Source of the DNA: an uncultured Collinsella sp.
GTDB lineage: Bacteria; Actinomycetota; Coriobacteriia; Coriobacteriales; Coriobacteriaceae
NCBI GenBank assembly: GCA_958365315.1
Contig: CATWXC010000005.1
Span: 77,892 to 141,891, forward strand
DNA: 64,000 bases
Reading direction: 5' to 3'
How positions within the stretch are numbered: position 1 is the first letter of the stretch; the number at the start of each line of letters is the position of its first letter. A program made the position numbers and the translations under genes. Of the stretch, positions 1-10,632 are shown in pieces. The notes under the pieces were generated by a model. It did not search any database. It was given only the letters and a program-made list of their open reading frames with translations, and was not told where the DNA came from.

Positions 1-829
1 CACGTTGCGCCTTGCCTTGAAAGGGGAGTGCGATGAGGTTTCCGAAGCCTCCATCGGGAATAGTGGCCTGAGCGGGTAGCATTCGATCAAAGGCCTCGAA
101 CGTGATTGTCTTATTATGCGCCGCAGCTTCGGTTATGAGGCAACTTCCAAACTCTCGGGCAGCCTTTGCGCTGATTGGCTCGAGGAAGAAAAACCAGATG
201 TGGGCGCCGTTGCCGGACCTTGAGCGCTCAACGGCGGCGTTAATGCCCCGTCGTATTGCAACAAGCCGTACGGCATTTGTTGCCTCTTTCCAGTCCGCTT
301 TGTCAAAATCGATGACGAGAACTTTCGTGTTGCAGTTCCTATCGAGAACATATTGCCCGAGGACATCGCGGAACCGGTCATCGTTGCCTTTAAAGTGAGC
401 AATGATTGCGGCATCGCTTAATTCCGGGAAGACGCGATTGCTGCATTCTACGCATTTAACTCTTTGATGGGCTGCTTTGGGGCAAATTCCTGGCTCCCAC
501 TCATTAGCACAAGCAGGCGTATAGCCAATGCCCCCGTCCTTTCTGCGATATCCATGAGCGTAAACATCTTTGCGCCCGGTAAAGAGACTGCGAAAGAGCT
601 CGAGTTTATCGCGTGCTGGGCTCGCGCTGGTGACGATGCCCTCGATTTGCGCTCGTTCATCGAACAAAGCGCCAGCTTCTTCCCACTCTTCTAGCGTTGC
701 GTAGCGTACGTCTGAACCGTTGTTGCAAATGACGATTTGTCGGTGTTGTTCCGATATATGTGTGATCGTCTGATCGTATTTAAATTGTGCGGTCCCAAAG
801 AGGGCGTATTGATGCATGGCGTTGCCCAT
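1..829 (-). CDS. N-terminal part of a TOTE-type archaeo-eukaryotic primase-domain protein, usually fused to an SF2 helicase; runs off the left edge
   Basis: Not in the ORF track. Translated by hand from ATG at 829 (AAGGA upstream): ...KLELFRSLFTGRKDVYA..GYTPACANEWEPGICPK..KCVECSNR..VLVIDFDKADW..VERSRSGNGAHIWFFF..FDRMLPAQATIPDGGFGNLIALPFQGKAQR, open to base 1. Confidence 0.8.
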   Translation of the reverse strand, partial: MGNAMHQYALFGTAQFKYDQTITHISEQHRQIVICNNGSDVRYATLEEWEEAGALFDERAQIEGIVTSASPARDKLELFRSLFTGRKDVYAHGYRRKDGGIGYTPACANEWEPGICPKAAHQRVKCVECSNRVFPELSDAAIIAHFKGNDDRFRDVLGQYVLDRNCNTKVLVIDFDKADWKEATNAVRLVAIRRGINAAVERSRSGNGAHIWFFFLEPISAKAAREFGSCLITEAAAHNKTITFEAFDRMLPAQATIPDGGFGNLIALPFQGKAQR

Positions 830-1037
830 TTGAATGCCGTCCTTGTATTGGAGTTGTTGAGACGAGGGTACGGCATTACGGCTTTTTGGGATATGTAATT
901 TCGATTCAAGTTTGCTAATGGCAAGGGATTATTCTGCGAGCGGCTTTCGGTCGATGCCAAGGCGCGCGACGGCCCTTGATAATCAGGGTTTGCGGTCATA
1001 TAGGTAGCCGGAGGCGTAAAGAGCGGACCTCATTCAG

Positions 1038-1267
1038 ACCCGGTGGGCAAAAAATGGCAAATATGAGTACTGTTGCTCGGTTAGTCTCATATCATTTGAG
1101 AAGTATCTAAGACCAATTGACTGAGTTTTAGTATATTCACCCCTCTAAACACGACGATTCGGGGCTTTATGGAGCTTGAAATCGGTGGAAGCGGGCAATT
1201 TCAGCGACATTTTGCTGTTACTAAATTTATGACAGTACTCATATTTGCCATTTTTTGCCCACCGGGT
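1038..1267. repeat. Element with perfect 36-bp inverted arms and an AT-rich 158-bp spacer
   Basis: 1038-1073 ACCCGGTGGGCAAAAAATGGCAAATATGAGTACTGT is the exact reverse complement of 1232-1267. Confidence 0.95.
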
Positions 1268-1355
1268 ACCGCTAGGGGCTAGTCGAAGCTCCCCCAAACA
1301 GCTGGGAATGCGCCGATCGTCAGCATATCTTGTATATGGATGGCTCAGCAAAAGA

Positions 1356-1422
1356 AGTTGCGGTGGAATGGGGATTGATTTGCGGCTGATAAGCCAAAAA
1401 CAGTCCCTATTTCACCGCAACT
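1356..1422. repeat. REP-like hairpin, family D, copy 1
   Basis: AGTTGCGGTGGAAT...ATTTCACCGCAACT; second copy at 4629-4697. Confidence 0.85.
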
Positions 1423-1435
1423 GATGTGGGTGTCC

Positions 1436-2296
1436 CTAGCGAGTTGGCTGGTAGCGGGGGCAGTAGCTGATGGCGATGGCGTCGACGCCTACGTGGGTCG
1501 CGATGGTGCAACCGATGGGGCCGGTGCCGGCGTCTACATAGTCTTGGCCTGTGAGCGCTTGGTTGACGAGCTCATGCTCCTCGGCGGCGCCGGTCGTGAG
1601 CACGCGCACGCTCGAGCCCGGGTGTTCAGCCAAAAACGCGAGGCAGTCGGCCATGGTGTTGGCGACGATGCGCTTGGCGCCGCGGCCCTTCTTGATGGCC
1701 TTGATCTCGCCCGACTGCCACTCCGGCGAAACGGCCAGGCGAATGTTGAGCATCTGCGTCAGCTGGCCGGCGAGCTTGGGCGCGCGGCCGTTCTTAACGA
1801 GGTTCTCGAGCGTGCGGGGAATCAGCAGCAGGTGGGCGTCGGGCAGCGTCGCGCGGATCTGAGCCTCGGTCTCGTCCAGGTTGCGGCCGTCCTCGCGCAT
1901 GGCGAGCGCGTACTCCACCAGTAGGCCCTCGGCACCCGAGCCGGTGCGCGAATCGATGCAGCGCACGTCGAGCTCGTGCGTTTCGGCCGTCAGGCTGGCG
2001 TTGGCATAGCAGGCGGACCACTCGCTGCACAGCGAGATAAAGATGGCGCTGTCGTGGCCGTCGGCGAGCACGCGATCAAAGAGCGCCTTGAACTCACCGG
2101 CGCTCGGCTGCGAGGTGTGCGGTAGCTGCTCGGAGCCTGCCATGCGGGCGACGTACTCCTCGGCGGTGATCTGCACCTGGTCGAGCAGGTCCTCACCTTC
2201 GATAATTACATGCAGCGGAATCACGTAAATGCCGAGCTCTTGGGCGCGGGCGGGGGAGATGTCCGACGTGGAGTCGGTTATGATGGCAAAAGACAT
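1436..2296 (-). CDS. DegV/FakB-family fatty-acid-binding protein
   Basis: IITDSTSD, TSQPS, LVKNGR and IATHVG motifs; ATG at 2296 after AAAGGTG. Confidence 0.9.
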   Translation of the reverse strand: MSFAIITDSTSDISPARAQELGIYVIPLHVIIEGEDLLDQVQITAEEYVARMAGSEQLPHTSQPSAGEFKALFDRVLADGHDSAIFISLCSEWSACYANASLTAETHELDVRCIDSRTGSGAEGLLVEYALAMREDGRNLDETEAQIRATLPDAHLLLIPRTLENLVKNGRAPKLAGQLTQMLNIRLAVSPEWQSGEIKAIKKGRGAKRIVANTMADCLAFLAEHPGSSVRVLTTGAAEEHELVNQALTGQDYVDAGTGPIGCTIATHVGVDAIAISYCPRYQPTR

Positions 2297-2388
2297 AATC
2301 GCACCTTTCGTTGGGGCGCTTGCGCGCCGCCTTCTGAGAGCAAAGTGCGACAAGTATAGTGGAGTCGTTCCACATTGCCAGCTTTATT

Positions 2389-2404
2389 TGTTGAATAGTC
2401 AACA
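2389..2404. promoter_or_regulatory. Palindromic operator candidate between the divergent degV and HAD genes
   Basis: TGTTGA-ATAG-TCAACA; similar sites lie upstream of the marR-degV pair. Confidence 0.5.
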
Positions 2405-2446
2405 GTTTGAAGTGTAAGTGTGGAAATCACCAACTGGGGAAGAGGG

Positions 2447-3115
2447 ATGCCGATGGAGGCGCTGGAGATATGCAGACGGCCGATTGTGCTGTTCGATTTT
2501 GACGGCACGGTGGCAGATACGGGCCGGGCGGTGATGACCTCGACGCGCAAGACGCTGGCTGCGCGCGGGTTTTCTGAGGCGCAGATGGGTGACCTGCGCC
2601 GCATGATCGGGCCGCCCCTGTGGAAGAGCTTCCACGACTTTTACGGCTTTTCCCGCGAGGAGTCGCTTGTGGTGGCCGACGAGTACCGTGCCTTTTTTGA
2701 TGAGCTGGGGCCGGAGGAGTACCCCGTGTTCGATGGGATTCCCGAGCTGCTGGATGGGTTGACCGCCCAGGGCAAGCGTATGGCCGTGGCGACGTCGCGC
2801 ATGGAGGCGAAGTGCATCGATATGGTGCATGAGCTGGGGCTTTGCCAGTTCGAAGCCGTGGTTGGCATGAATCCGCCGCAGGGGCGCGAGACCAAGGCAG
2901 ATTCGGTTCGCGATGCGCTGGCGGCGCTCGGTGCGACGGCCGACGAGGCCGTGATGATCGGCGACCGCTTTAACGATGTGGAGGGCGCGCACGCGATGGG
3001 TGTGCCGTGTATCGGCATCTATTCGGGCGCGGCGGCGCTGGGGGAGCACGAGGCCGCGGGTGCCGATGCGGTGGTGCACTCGGTGGCCGAGCTTGCTAAA
3101 CTTTTCGCTATATAA
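2447..3115 (+). CDS. HAD-family hydrolase (phosphoglycolate phosphatase/nucleotidase-like)
   Basis: FDFDGTVADT, ATS and MIGDRFNDVEGA motifs. Confidence 0.85.
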   Translation: MPMEALEICRRPIVLFDFDGTVADTGRAVMTSTRKTLAARGFSEAQMGDLRRMIGPPLWKSFHDFYGFSREESLVVADEYRAFFDELGPEEYPVFDGIPELLDGLTAQGKRMAVATSRMEAKCIDMVHELGLCQFEAVVGMNPPQGRETKADSVRDALAALGATADEAVMIGDRFNDVEGAHAMGVPCIGIYSGAAALGEHEAAGADAVVHSVAELAKLFAI

Positions 3116-3169
3116 GTATGTGATGTGAGGGGCGGGCACGCTCGCCCCTCATTGGTAAGGAGGTCGTCC

Positions 3170-4606
3170 ATGAATCAGGTGGAGCAGAGCGTCGCTGAGT
3201 ATGTCGACGAGGTCTGGGAAGATGTCGTCGCCGATATCGAGCAGCTGGTGAGTTATCCGTCCGTAGCCGTTGCTGCCGACGCAGAGCCCGGTGCGCCGTT
3301 TGGCCGCCCGGTCCGTGATGCGCTCGATTGCGCGCTCGGCATTGCGCAGAAGCTCGGCTACCAGACGAGCGACGACGAGGGCTATGTGGGCATTGCCGAT
3401 ATCCCTGGCCGCGGCGACAAGCAGCTCGCGACCATCTGCCACGTGGACGTGGTTCCCGCCGGTCCCGGTTGGAACACCGACCCGTTTGCGATGGAGCGCC
3501 GAGAGGGCTGGCTGCTCGGTCGCGGCGTAATCGACGACAAGGGCCCGGCGGTGCTGTCGCTCTACGCCGGCGCCTATCTGCTCAAGCACGGCATTACCCC
3601 GCGCTATACCTTCCGCGCGCTGCTGGGATGCGATGAGGAAGTGGGCATGTCCGACGTTCACCATTATCTGGAGAACCACGCGAACCCCGACTTTCTGTTT
3701 ACGCCCGATGCCGAGTTCCCGGTTTGTAATGCCGAGAAGGGCCAGTTTGGGGCGACGTTTGCGAGTCCCAAGATCGACGGCGGGCGCATTGTGTCCTGGA
3801 GCGGCGCCGAAGCGAGCAACGCCATTCCGTCGCAGTCTATCTGCGAGCTTGCGATTGCCGCCGATGAGCTGCCGGCGCCTGTTGAGAACGCCGACCGCCT
3901 GGAGATTACGGCGCTCGAGAACGGCCATGCCCAGATTTTTGCGCACGGCATTGGTGGCCATGCTTCGATGCCCGAGGGGACGATCAACGCCGTCGGCCTG
4001 ATCGTGACGTACCTGCGCGAGGCCGAGGACGCGTTTGGTGCGCGCGACGAGCGCCTGCTGACGCCTGCCGAGCACGAGTTCGTCAAGTTCTTGGCCTTTG
4101 TGCATGCGGACGCCTATGGTCGCGGCTTGGGCATCGATGCGACGAGCGCGGCGTTTGGCCCGCTCACGTGCAACCCCGGCGTCATCCGCGTGGTGGATGG
4201 CCACATTGAGCAGGTCATCGACGTGCGTTTCCCCGACAGCACGAGCGCCGATACCATCTGCGAGCAGCTCGAGCCGCTCGTGGGCCGCTTTGGTGTGACG
4301 TATCTCGTGGGTCGTACCAAGGTGCCGTTCTCGGTCTCTGCCGACGATCCGGCCGTGAAAGCGCTGATTGATACCTATAACGAGTTTACGGGCAAGCATG
4401 CCGAGCCCTTCGCCATGGGCGGTGGCACGTACGCGCGCAACTTTGCCCGCGCCGTCTCGTTTGGCCCCGAGGAGACCGGCCTTGAGCTGCCCGCGTGGGG
4501 CGGCCAGATGCACGGCCCCAACGAGTGTGCCAACGAGGAACAGCTCAAGCAAGCGCTCAAGATCTATATTGTTGCGATCTTAAGGCTCAACGAGCTCGAG
4601 CTTTAA
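3170..4606 (+). CDS. M20 PepV/Sapep-family dipeptidase
   Basis: CHVDVVP, GRGVIDDKGP, DEEVG, GGHAS, GGGTYAR and MHGPNE motifs; AAGGAGG RBS. Confidence 0.9.
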   Translation: MNQVEQSVAEYVDEVWEDVVADIEQLVSYPSVAVAADAEPGAPFGRPVRDALDCALGIAQKLGYQTSDDEGYVGIADIPGRGDKQLATICHVDVVPAGPGWNTDPFAMERREGWLLGRGVIDDKGPAVLSLYAGAYLLKHGITPRYTFRALLGCDEEVGMSDVHHYLENHANPDFLFTPDAEFPVCNAEKGQFGATFASPKIDGGRIVSWSGAEASNAIPSQSICELAIAADELPAPVENADRLEITALENGHAQIFAHGIGGHASMPEGTINAVGLIVTYLREAEDAFGARDERLLTPAEHEFVKFLAFVHADAYGRGLGIDATSAAFGPLTCNPGVIRVVDGHIEQVIDVRFPDSTSADTICEQLEPLVGRFGVTYLVGRTKVPFSVSADDPAVKALIDTYNEFTGKHAEPFAMGGGTYARNFARAVSFGPEETGLELPAWGGQMHGPNECANEEQLKQALKIYIVAILRLNELEL

Positions 4607-4628
4607 GGTTGCGGCGTTTTGCCAATCT

Positions 4629-4697
4629 AAGTTGCGGTGGAATAGTTCCTAGAATCGGCTGCCTAACAGCCAAACAGGAACTATTTCACCGCAACTT
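4629..4697. repeat. REP-like hairpin, family D, copy 2
   Basis: AAGTTGCGGTGGAATAGTTCCT...AGGAACTATTTCACCGCAACTT; the inner stem covaries with copy 1. Confidence 0.85.
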
Positions 4698-4900
4698 CTT
4701 TTTTATCGGTGTAAAAGGCGGGCCATGCATGTCAGCGGGATTGTTATTCGTTTGTAAAGCCCTGCCGCGCTTGCGGTAAGGGTTTATCAAATGCCCGTAA
4801 GAAACCGCAGTTGGCGCGGGTGCTGCCCGGTCGGGGTCGTATCTTTCCAAACAGCAAAGCGGGCAGGGTGCCCGCGATTCGCATGTACGAAAGGAAGATC

Positions 4901-5839
4901 ATGCTCGATCAGGCTTATTCTCGTCGTCAGTTCCTCGGCCTTGCTGGTGGTCTTGCCAGCATCGTCGGTCTCGGTCTCGTTGGCTGCGGCGGCGCAGGCG
5001 CATCCGACGCCGCCGACAAGGGTAGCGCCGCTGCTGCCGAGTCCGTCTCCGGCGAGGTGACCTACGACGGTGCCTCCTCGTTCCAGGCTCTCGTCGAGGC
5101 CGCTGCCGAGAAGTTCATGGATGCCAACCCCGACGTCTCCGTCTCCGGCTCGGGCAACGGTTCGGGCAAAGGTCTGACCGCTGTTGCCGCCGGCACCGTC
5201 ACCATCGGTAACTCCGACGTCTTCGCCGAGACCAAGCTCGAGGCCGACCAGGTCAAGAAGCTCGTCGACCACGAGGTCGCCGTCGTGGGCATGGGTCCTG
5301 TCGTCTCCAAGAACGTGACGGTCGACGACCTGTCCCTCGAGCAGCTCAAGGGCATCTTCTCCGGCCAGATCACCAACTGGAAGGAGGTCGGCGGCGACGA
5401 CGCCAAGATTGTCGTTCTCAACCGCAAGGCCGGTTCCGGTACCCGCGCCACCTTCGAGGCTGCCGTCTTTGGCGACGAGGCAGTCGACTTTAAGGGCGAC
5501 GCCGAGCTCGACAAGTCCGGCGACGTCCAGACTCAGATGGGCAGCACCGATAACGCCATCTCCTACCTCGACTTCTCGCACTTCGATGACTCCAAGTTCA
5601 ACGCCATCAAGGTCGAGGGCGTCGAGCCCAAGAGCGCAAACGTCACCGACGACTCCTTCAAGATCTGGGCTACCGAGCACATGTACTGCTCCAAGGACGC
5701 CGACGAGGCCACCACGGCCTTCCTGGAGTTCATGCTTTCCGACGACGTCCAGGGCAAGCTCGTCGAGGAGCAGGGCTTTATCCCCGTCTCTGCCATGAAG
5801 GTCGTCAAGGACGCCAGCGGCAAGGTCTCTGCTAAATAA
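4901..5839 (+). CDS. pstS: Phosphate ABC transporter substrate-binding lipoprotein with a Tat-type signal
   Basis: SRRQFL twin-arginine motif, LVGC lipobox, GSGKG and SGTRATF motifs; first gene of the pst operon. Confidence 0.92.
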   Translation: MLDQAYSRRQFLGLAGGLASIVGLGLVGCGGAGASDAADKGSAAAAESVSGEVTYDGASSFQALVEAAAEKFMDANPDVSVSGSGNGSGKGLTAVAAGTVTIGNSDVFAETKLEADQVKKLVDHEVAVVGMGPVVSKNVTVDDLSLEQLKGIFSGQITNWKEVGGDDAKIVVLNRKAGSGTRATFEAAVFGDEAVDFKGDAELDKSGDVQTQMGSTDNAISYLDFSHFDDSKFNAIKVEGVEPKSANVTDDSFKIWATEHMYCSKDADEATTAFLEFMLSDDVQGKLVEEQGFIPVSAMKVVKDASGKVSAK

Positions 5840-5864
5840 GTAATCGCCCCCGGAAAGGTTTGCA

Positions 5865-6773
5865 ATGGCAAAACAGCTGCCAAAGCGCGACCTTGAGAAC
5901 GTGGGCCTGGGCGTCACGGGCGCGTGCGTAGCGCTCGTGACGCTTGTCGTTGCCGCGCTCATCTTTATGGTCGCCCAAAAGGGCCTCTCGGCTTTTGTCA
6001 AGGACGGCGTCTCGGTCGTCGAGTTCTTCACCGGCACCAAGTGGGACCTGGCCAACACAGCCGAAAACGGCCTGCCCTATACCGGCGCTCTGCCCCTGAT
6101 CGTCACCTCGTTTGCGGTCATGGTGCTCTCCACGCTCATCGCGCTGCCCATCGCCATCGGCTCCGCCATCTTTGCGGTCGAGATCCAACCCAAATTTGGT
6201 TCCAAGGTCTTTCAGCCGCTTATTGAGCTTTTGACCGGCATTCCCTCGGTCGTCTTTGGACTGATTGGCTTTCACGTGGTCGTCGGACTTATGAAGTCCG
6301 TTTTCCACGTGAGCACGGGTCTGGGCATCCTGCCCGGCGCCATCGTGCTGGCTGTCATGATCCTGCCGACGATGACCACCCTTTCGGTCGATGGCCTGCG
6401 CGCCGTGCCCGACGGCTACCGTCAGGGCTCGCTCGCGCTGGGCTACACCCGCTGGCAGACCATCTGGCACGTGGTGCTCAAGTCCGCCATGCCGTCGCTC
6501 ATGACTGCGGTCATCCTTGGCATGACGCGCGCCTTTGGCGAGACGCTCGCCGTGCGCATGGTCATCGGCGGTATTGAGGCCATGCCGACGTCGCTGCTGT
6601 CGCCGGCCTCGACCATCACCACCACGCTCACCACGTCCATGGCGGTCTATGCCGAGGGCTCGGCCCAGGACGATGTTCTGTGGGCGCTTGGTCTGCTGTT
6701 GATGGGCATGAGCCTCATCTTCATCCTGATCATCCATCTCATTGGCCGCAAGGGGGCGAAGGCTCGTGGCTAG
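5865..6773 (+). CDS. pstC: Phosphate ABC permease PstC
   Basis: ELLTGIPSVVFG and RAFGETLAV motifs; multi-TM. Confidence 0.92.
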   Translation: MAKQLPKRDLENVGLGVTGACVALVTLVVAALIFMVAQKGLSAFVKDGVSVVEFFTGTKWDLANTAENGLPYTGALPLIVTSFAVMVLSTLIALPIAIGSAIFAVEIQPKFGSKVFQPLIELLTGIPSVVFGLIGFHVVVGLMKSVFHVSTGLGILPGAIVLAVMILPTMTTLSVDGLRAVPDGYRQGSLALGYTRWQTIWHVVLKSAMPSLMTAVILGMTRAFGETLAVRMVIGGIEAMPTSLLSPASTITTTLTTSMAVYAEGSAQDDVLWALGLLLMGMSLIFILIIHLIGRKGAKARG

Positions 6774-7688
6774 CACGCACATCCACATCGACGAGGCGAG
6801 ACTCGGGCGTGTCCAAAAACAGGACCGCATCGCCACGGGCGTGCTGACGGCGATCGCCGCCATCGTCATGCTCATCGTCGTTTCCATGGTGGCCTATATC
6901 CTGTTCGAGGGTATCTCGACGCTGTTCCAGCCGGGCTTCCTCACGCAGCCCGCGCGCGCCAACGGAACTCAGGGCGGCGTACTCTACCAGCTGTTCGACT
7001 CGTTCTATCTGCTGCTGATCACTCTGATCATCTCGGTGCCCATCAGCCTGGGCGGCGCGGTCTTTTTGGTTGAGTACGCGCCGGACGGCCCCATCCGCGA
7101 CATCGCTTCCACCGCCATCGAGACGCTGTCCTCGCTGCCTTCCATTGTCGTCGGCATGTTCGGATTCCTGGTATTCTCGGTGCAGCTGGGCTGGAAGTAC
7201 TCCATCATCTCCGGCGCCGTCGCGCTCACCATGTTCAACATCCCCATCCTGGTGCGCGTGATTCAGCAGGCGCTCGAGGACGTGCCGCAGGCCCAGCGCG
7301 ATGCGTGCCTGGCCATGGGCCTCACTCGCTGGGAGGCCACACTGCACATCCTGATCCCCGAGGCCATGCCCGCCATCGTGACCGGCATCGTGCTTTCGGC
7401 CGGCCGCGTCTTTGGCGAGGCCGCGGCACTGCTCTTTACCTCGGGCATGAGCTCGCCGGTGCGGCTGAACTTCTTGAGCTTTAACCTTTCGAGCCCCACC
7501 TGCGCCTGGAACGTGTTCCGCCCCGGTGAGTCGCTCGCCGTGCATATTTACAAGATCTATGGCGAGGGCAGCCCCGAGGCCCAGCAGATCGTCTGGGGCA
7601 CCGCGGCGCTGTTGATGATTTGCGTGCTGCTGTTTAACGTGGTCGCCCGTATCGTGGGCAAGCAACTGGCAAGGAAGATGACGGCCGA

Positions 7689-7692
<4 letters not shown>
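6766..7692 (+). CDS. pstA: Phosphate ABC permease PstA
   Basis: LSSLPSIVVGMFG and GRVFGEAAALL motifs; probable GTG start overlapping pstC. Confidence 0.92.
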
Positions 7693-8561
<869 letters not shown>

Positions 8562-8671
8562 TCCGGGACATGCTTGAGGCCCGTGGCGGCTATGGTTGCC
8601 GCGGGACTGATTGGAGGGGCGGGTCATCTCTTGCGGGAGATGGCCCGCCTTTTTGCTCTGCGACCGAAGCG

Positions 8672-8706
8672 ACCACCACAAAGGGGACAGGCACCTTCGT
8701 GGTGGT
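8672..8706 (+). repeat. REP-like hairpin, family A (8 copies in window)
   Basis: ACCACCACAAAGGGGACAGGCACCTTCGTGGTGGT. Confidence 0.9.
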
Positions 8707-8766
8707 TTGGGGTGGGGCTCGCTGCTATCATGGACAACGTTGAATTTCTACGAAGGAGCAGGGCAT

Positions 8767-10626
8767 ATGGCGATTCTTTTGGGATGCGATTCCATCAGCC
8801 TAGAGTTTCCCACCAAGCATATTTTCGATAGCGTGACGCTCGGCGTGGGCGAGGGCGACCGCATTGGTATTGTTGGTAAAAACGGCGACGGCAAGTCGAC
8901 GCTGCTGAGCGTGCTCGCCGGCACGCTGGAGCCCGACGATGGCCGCGTGACGCATCGCCGCGGCACCACGATCGGTCTGCTCGGCCAAAAGGACCAACTT
9001 GTCGACACCGATACCGTGCATCATGCCGTCGTGGGCGACACTCCCGAGTATGAGTGGGCGTCGAGTCCGCGTACGCGCCAGATCCTCGCCGGTCTCATTA
9101 GCGATGTGCCCTGGGAGGGCACGGTGGGCGAGCTTTCGGGCGGTCAGCGCCGTCGCGTGGACCTTGCGCGCCTGCTGATCGGCGACTACGACGTGCTCAT
9201 GCTCGACGAGCCCACCAACCACCTGGACATGCGCACCATCAACTGGCTCGCGCGTCACTTAAAGGCCCGCTGGCAGCGCGGCCAGGGCGCCATGCTCGTG
9301 GTCACGCACGACCGCTGGTTCTTGGACGAGGTCTGCACCAGCATGTGGGAGGTCCACGACGGCCAGGTCGATCCCTTCGAGGGCGGTTACTCGGCATACA
9401 TCCTGCAGCGCGTAGAGCGCGACCGCATGGCCGCCGTCACCGAGGAGCGTCGTCGCAACATGGCACGCAAGGAGCTCGCGTGGCTGAGCCGTGGCGCCCA
9501 GGCGCGCTCCACCAAGCCCAAGTTTCGCGTGGATGCCGCTCGCGAACTCATCGCCGACGTGCCGCCCGTGCGCGACGAGCTGGAGCTCAAGCGCCTGGCG
9601 GTGAGCCGCCTGGGCAAGCAGGTCATCGACGTGATCGACGTGGACGCCGGCTATGCGGATACCGACGGCGCGCCCAAGCAGGTGCTCTCCGACGTGACCT
9701 GGCTTATCGGCGCGGGCGACCGCTATGGTCTTTTGGGTGAGAACGGTGCCGGCAAGTCCACGCTGCTCGACGTGATCCAGGGCAAGATCGCGCCCCTGCG
9801 CGGCCGCGTGAAGATCGGCCAGACGGTACGTTTTGGCGTGCTATCGCAGCAGCTCGAGGAGCTCGAGCCCTACATGGGCGACACGATCCGCGAGGTGCTC
9901 AGCAACTATAAGAAGTACTACGTCATCGACGGCAAGGAGACTTCGCCCGAGAAGCTCTGCGAGCGCCTGGGCTTTACGACCCAACAGCTCTGGAGTCGTA
10001 TCGGCGACCTTTCGGGCGGCCAACGCCGTCGCCTGTCGCTGCTGCTGACGATCCTGGACGAGCCCAACGTGCTTATCCTGGACGAGCCGGGCAACGACCT
10101 GGATACCGATATGCTCGCGATTGTCGAGGATCTGCTGGACGGCTGGCCCGGCACGCTGATCCTGGTGACGCACGACCGTTTCCTCATGGAGCGCGTGACC
10201 GACCAACAGTGGGCACTGCTTGACGGCCACCTGACGCATATGCCCGGCGGCGTCGATCAGTACCTGCGCCTGTGCAACGCCACCGCCGAGGGCGAGCCCG
10301 TGGGCGCGCCGAGTGCCAAGACCGGCACGTTCGACACCGGTGCCGCAGCGGTTGCGGCCGAAAAGCCTAAGACGAGCGGGCAGCCCAACGGTCTTTCCAA
10401 CGCCGAACGCCAGAAGCTCCGCCGCGAGGTGAGCTCGCTCGAGCGCAAGATGGAGACGCAGCGCGCTCGCGTGGAGGAGGCCGAGGCCGCCATGGCCCAG
10501 GTCGATCCCACCAACTACACGGCGCTGGGCGAGCAGCAGGCAAAGATCGACGAGGCCCACGCCGCCATGGATGAGCTGGAGATGGCGTGGCTCGAGGCGA
10601 GCGAAAAGCTCGAGGGCGAGGAGTAG
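8767..10626 (+). CDS. ABC-F family ATPase (Uup/YfmR-like)
   Basis: Two ABC domains (GKNGDGKST, GENGAGKST, two LSGGQRRR), C-terminal coiled coil, no TM segments. Confidence 0.9.
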   Translation: MAILLGCDSISLEFPTKHIFDSVTLGVGEGDRIGIVGKNGDGKSTLLSVLAGTLEPDDGRVTHRRGTTIGLLGQKDQLVDTDTVHHAVVGDTPEYEWASSPRTRQILAGLISDVPWEGTVGELSGGQRRRVDLARLLIGDYDVLMLDEPTNHLDMRTINWLARHLKARWQRGQGAMLVVTHDRWFLDEVCTSMWEVHDGQVDPFEGGYSAYILQRVERDRMAAVTEERRRNMARKELAWLSRGAQARSTKPKFRVDAARELIADVPPVRDELELKRLAVSRLGKQVIDVIDVDAGYADTDGAPKQVLSDVTWLIGAGDRYGLLGENGAGKSTLLDVIQGKIAPLRGRVKIGQTVRFGVLSQQLEELEPYMGDTIREVLSNYKKYYVIDGKETSPEKLCERLGFTTQQLWSRIGDLSGGQRRRLSLLLTILDEPNVLILDEPGNDLDTDMLAIVEDLLDGWPGTLILVTHDRFLMERVTDQQWALLDGHLTHMPGGVDQYLRLCNATAEGEPVGAPSAKTGTFDTGAAAVAAEKPKTSGQPNGLSNAERQKLRREVSSLERKMETQRARVEEAEAAMAQVDPTNYTALGEQQAKIDEAHAAMDELEMAWLEASEKLEGEE

Positions 10627-10632
10627 ACGAGG

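Noticed and set aside
4700..4810. PHO boxes upstream of pstS
   Set aside because: No convincing 11-bp-periodic direct repeats could be defined by eye.
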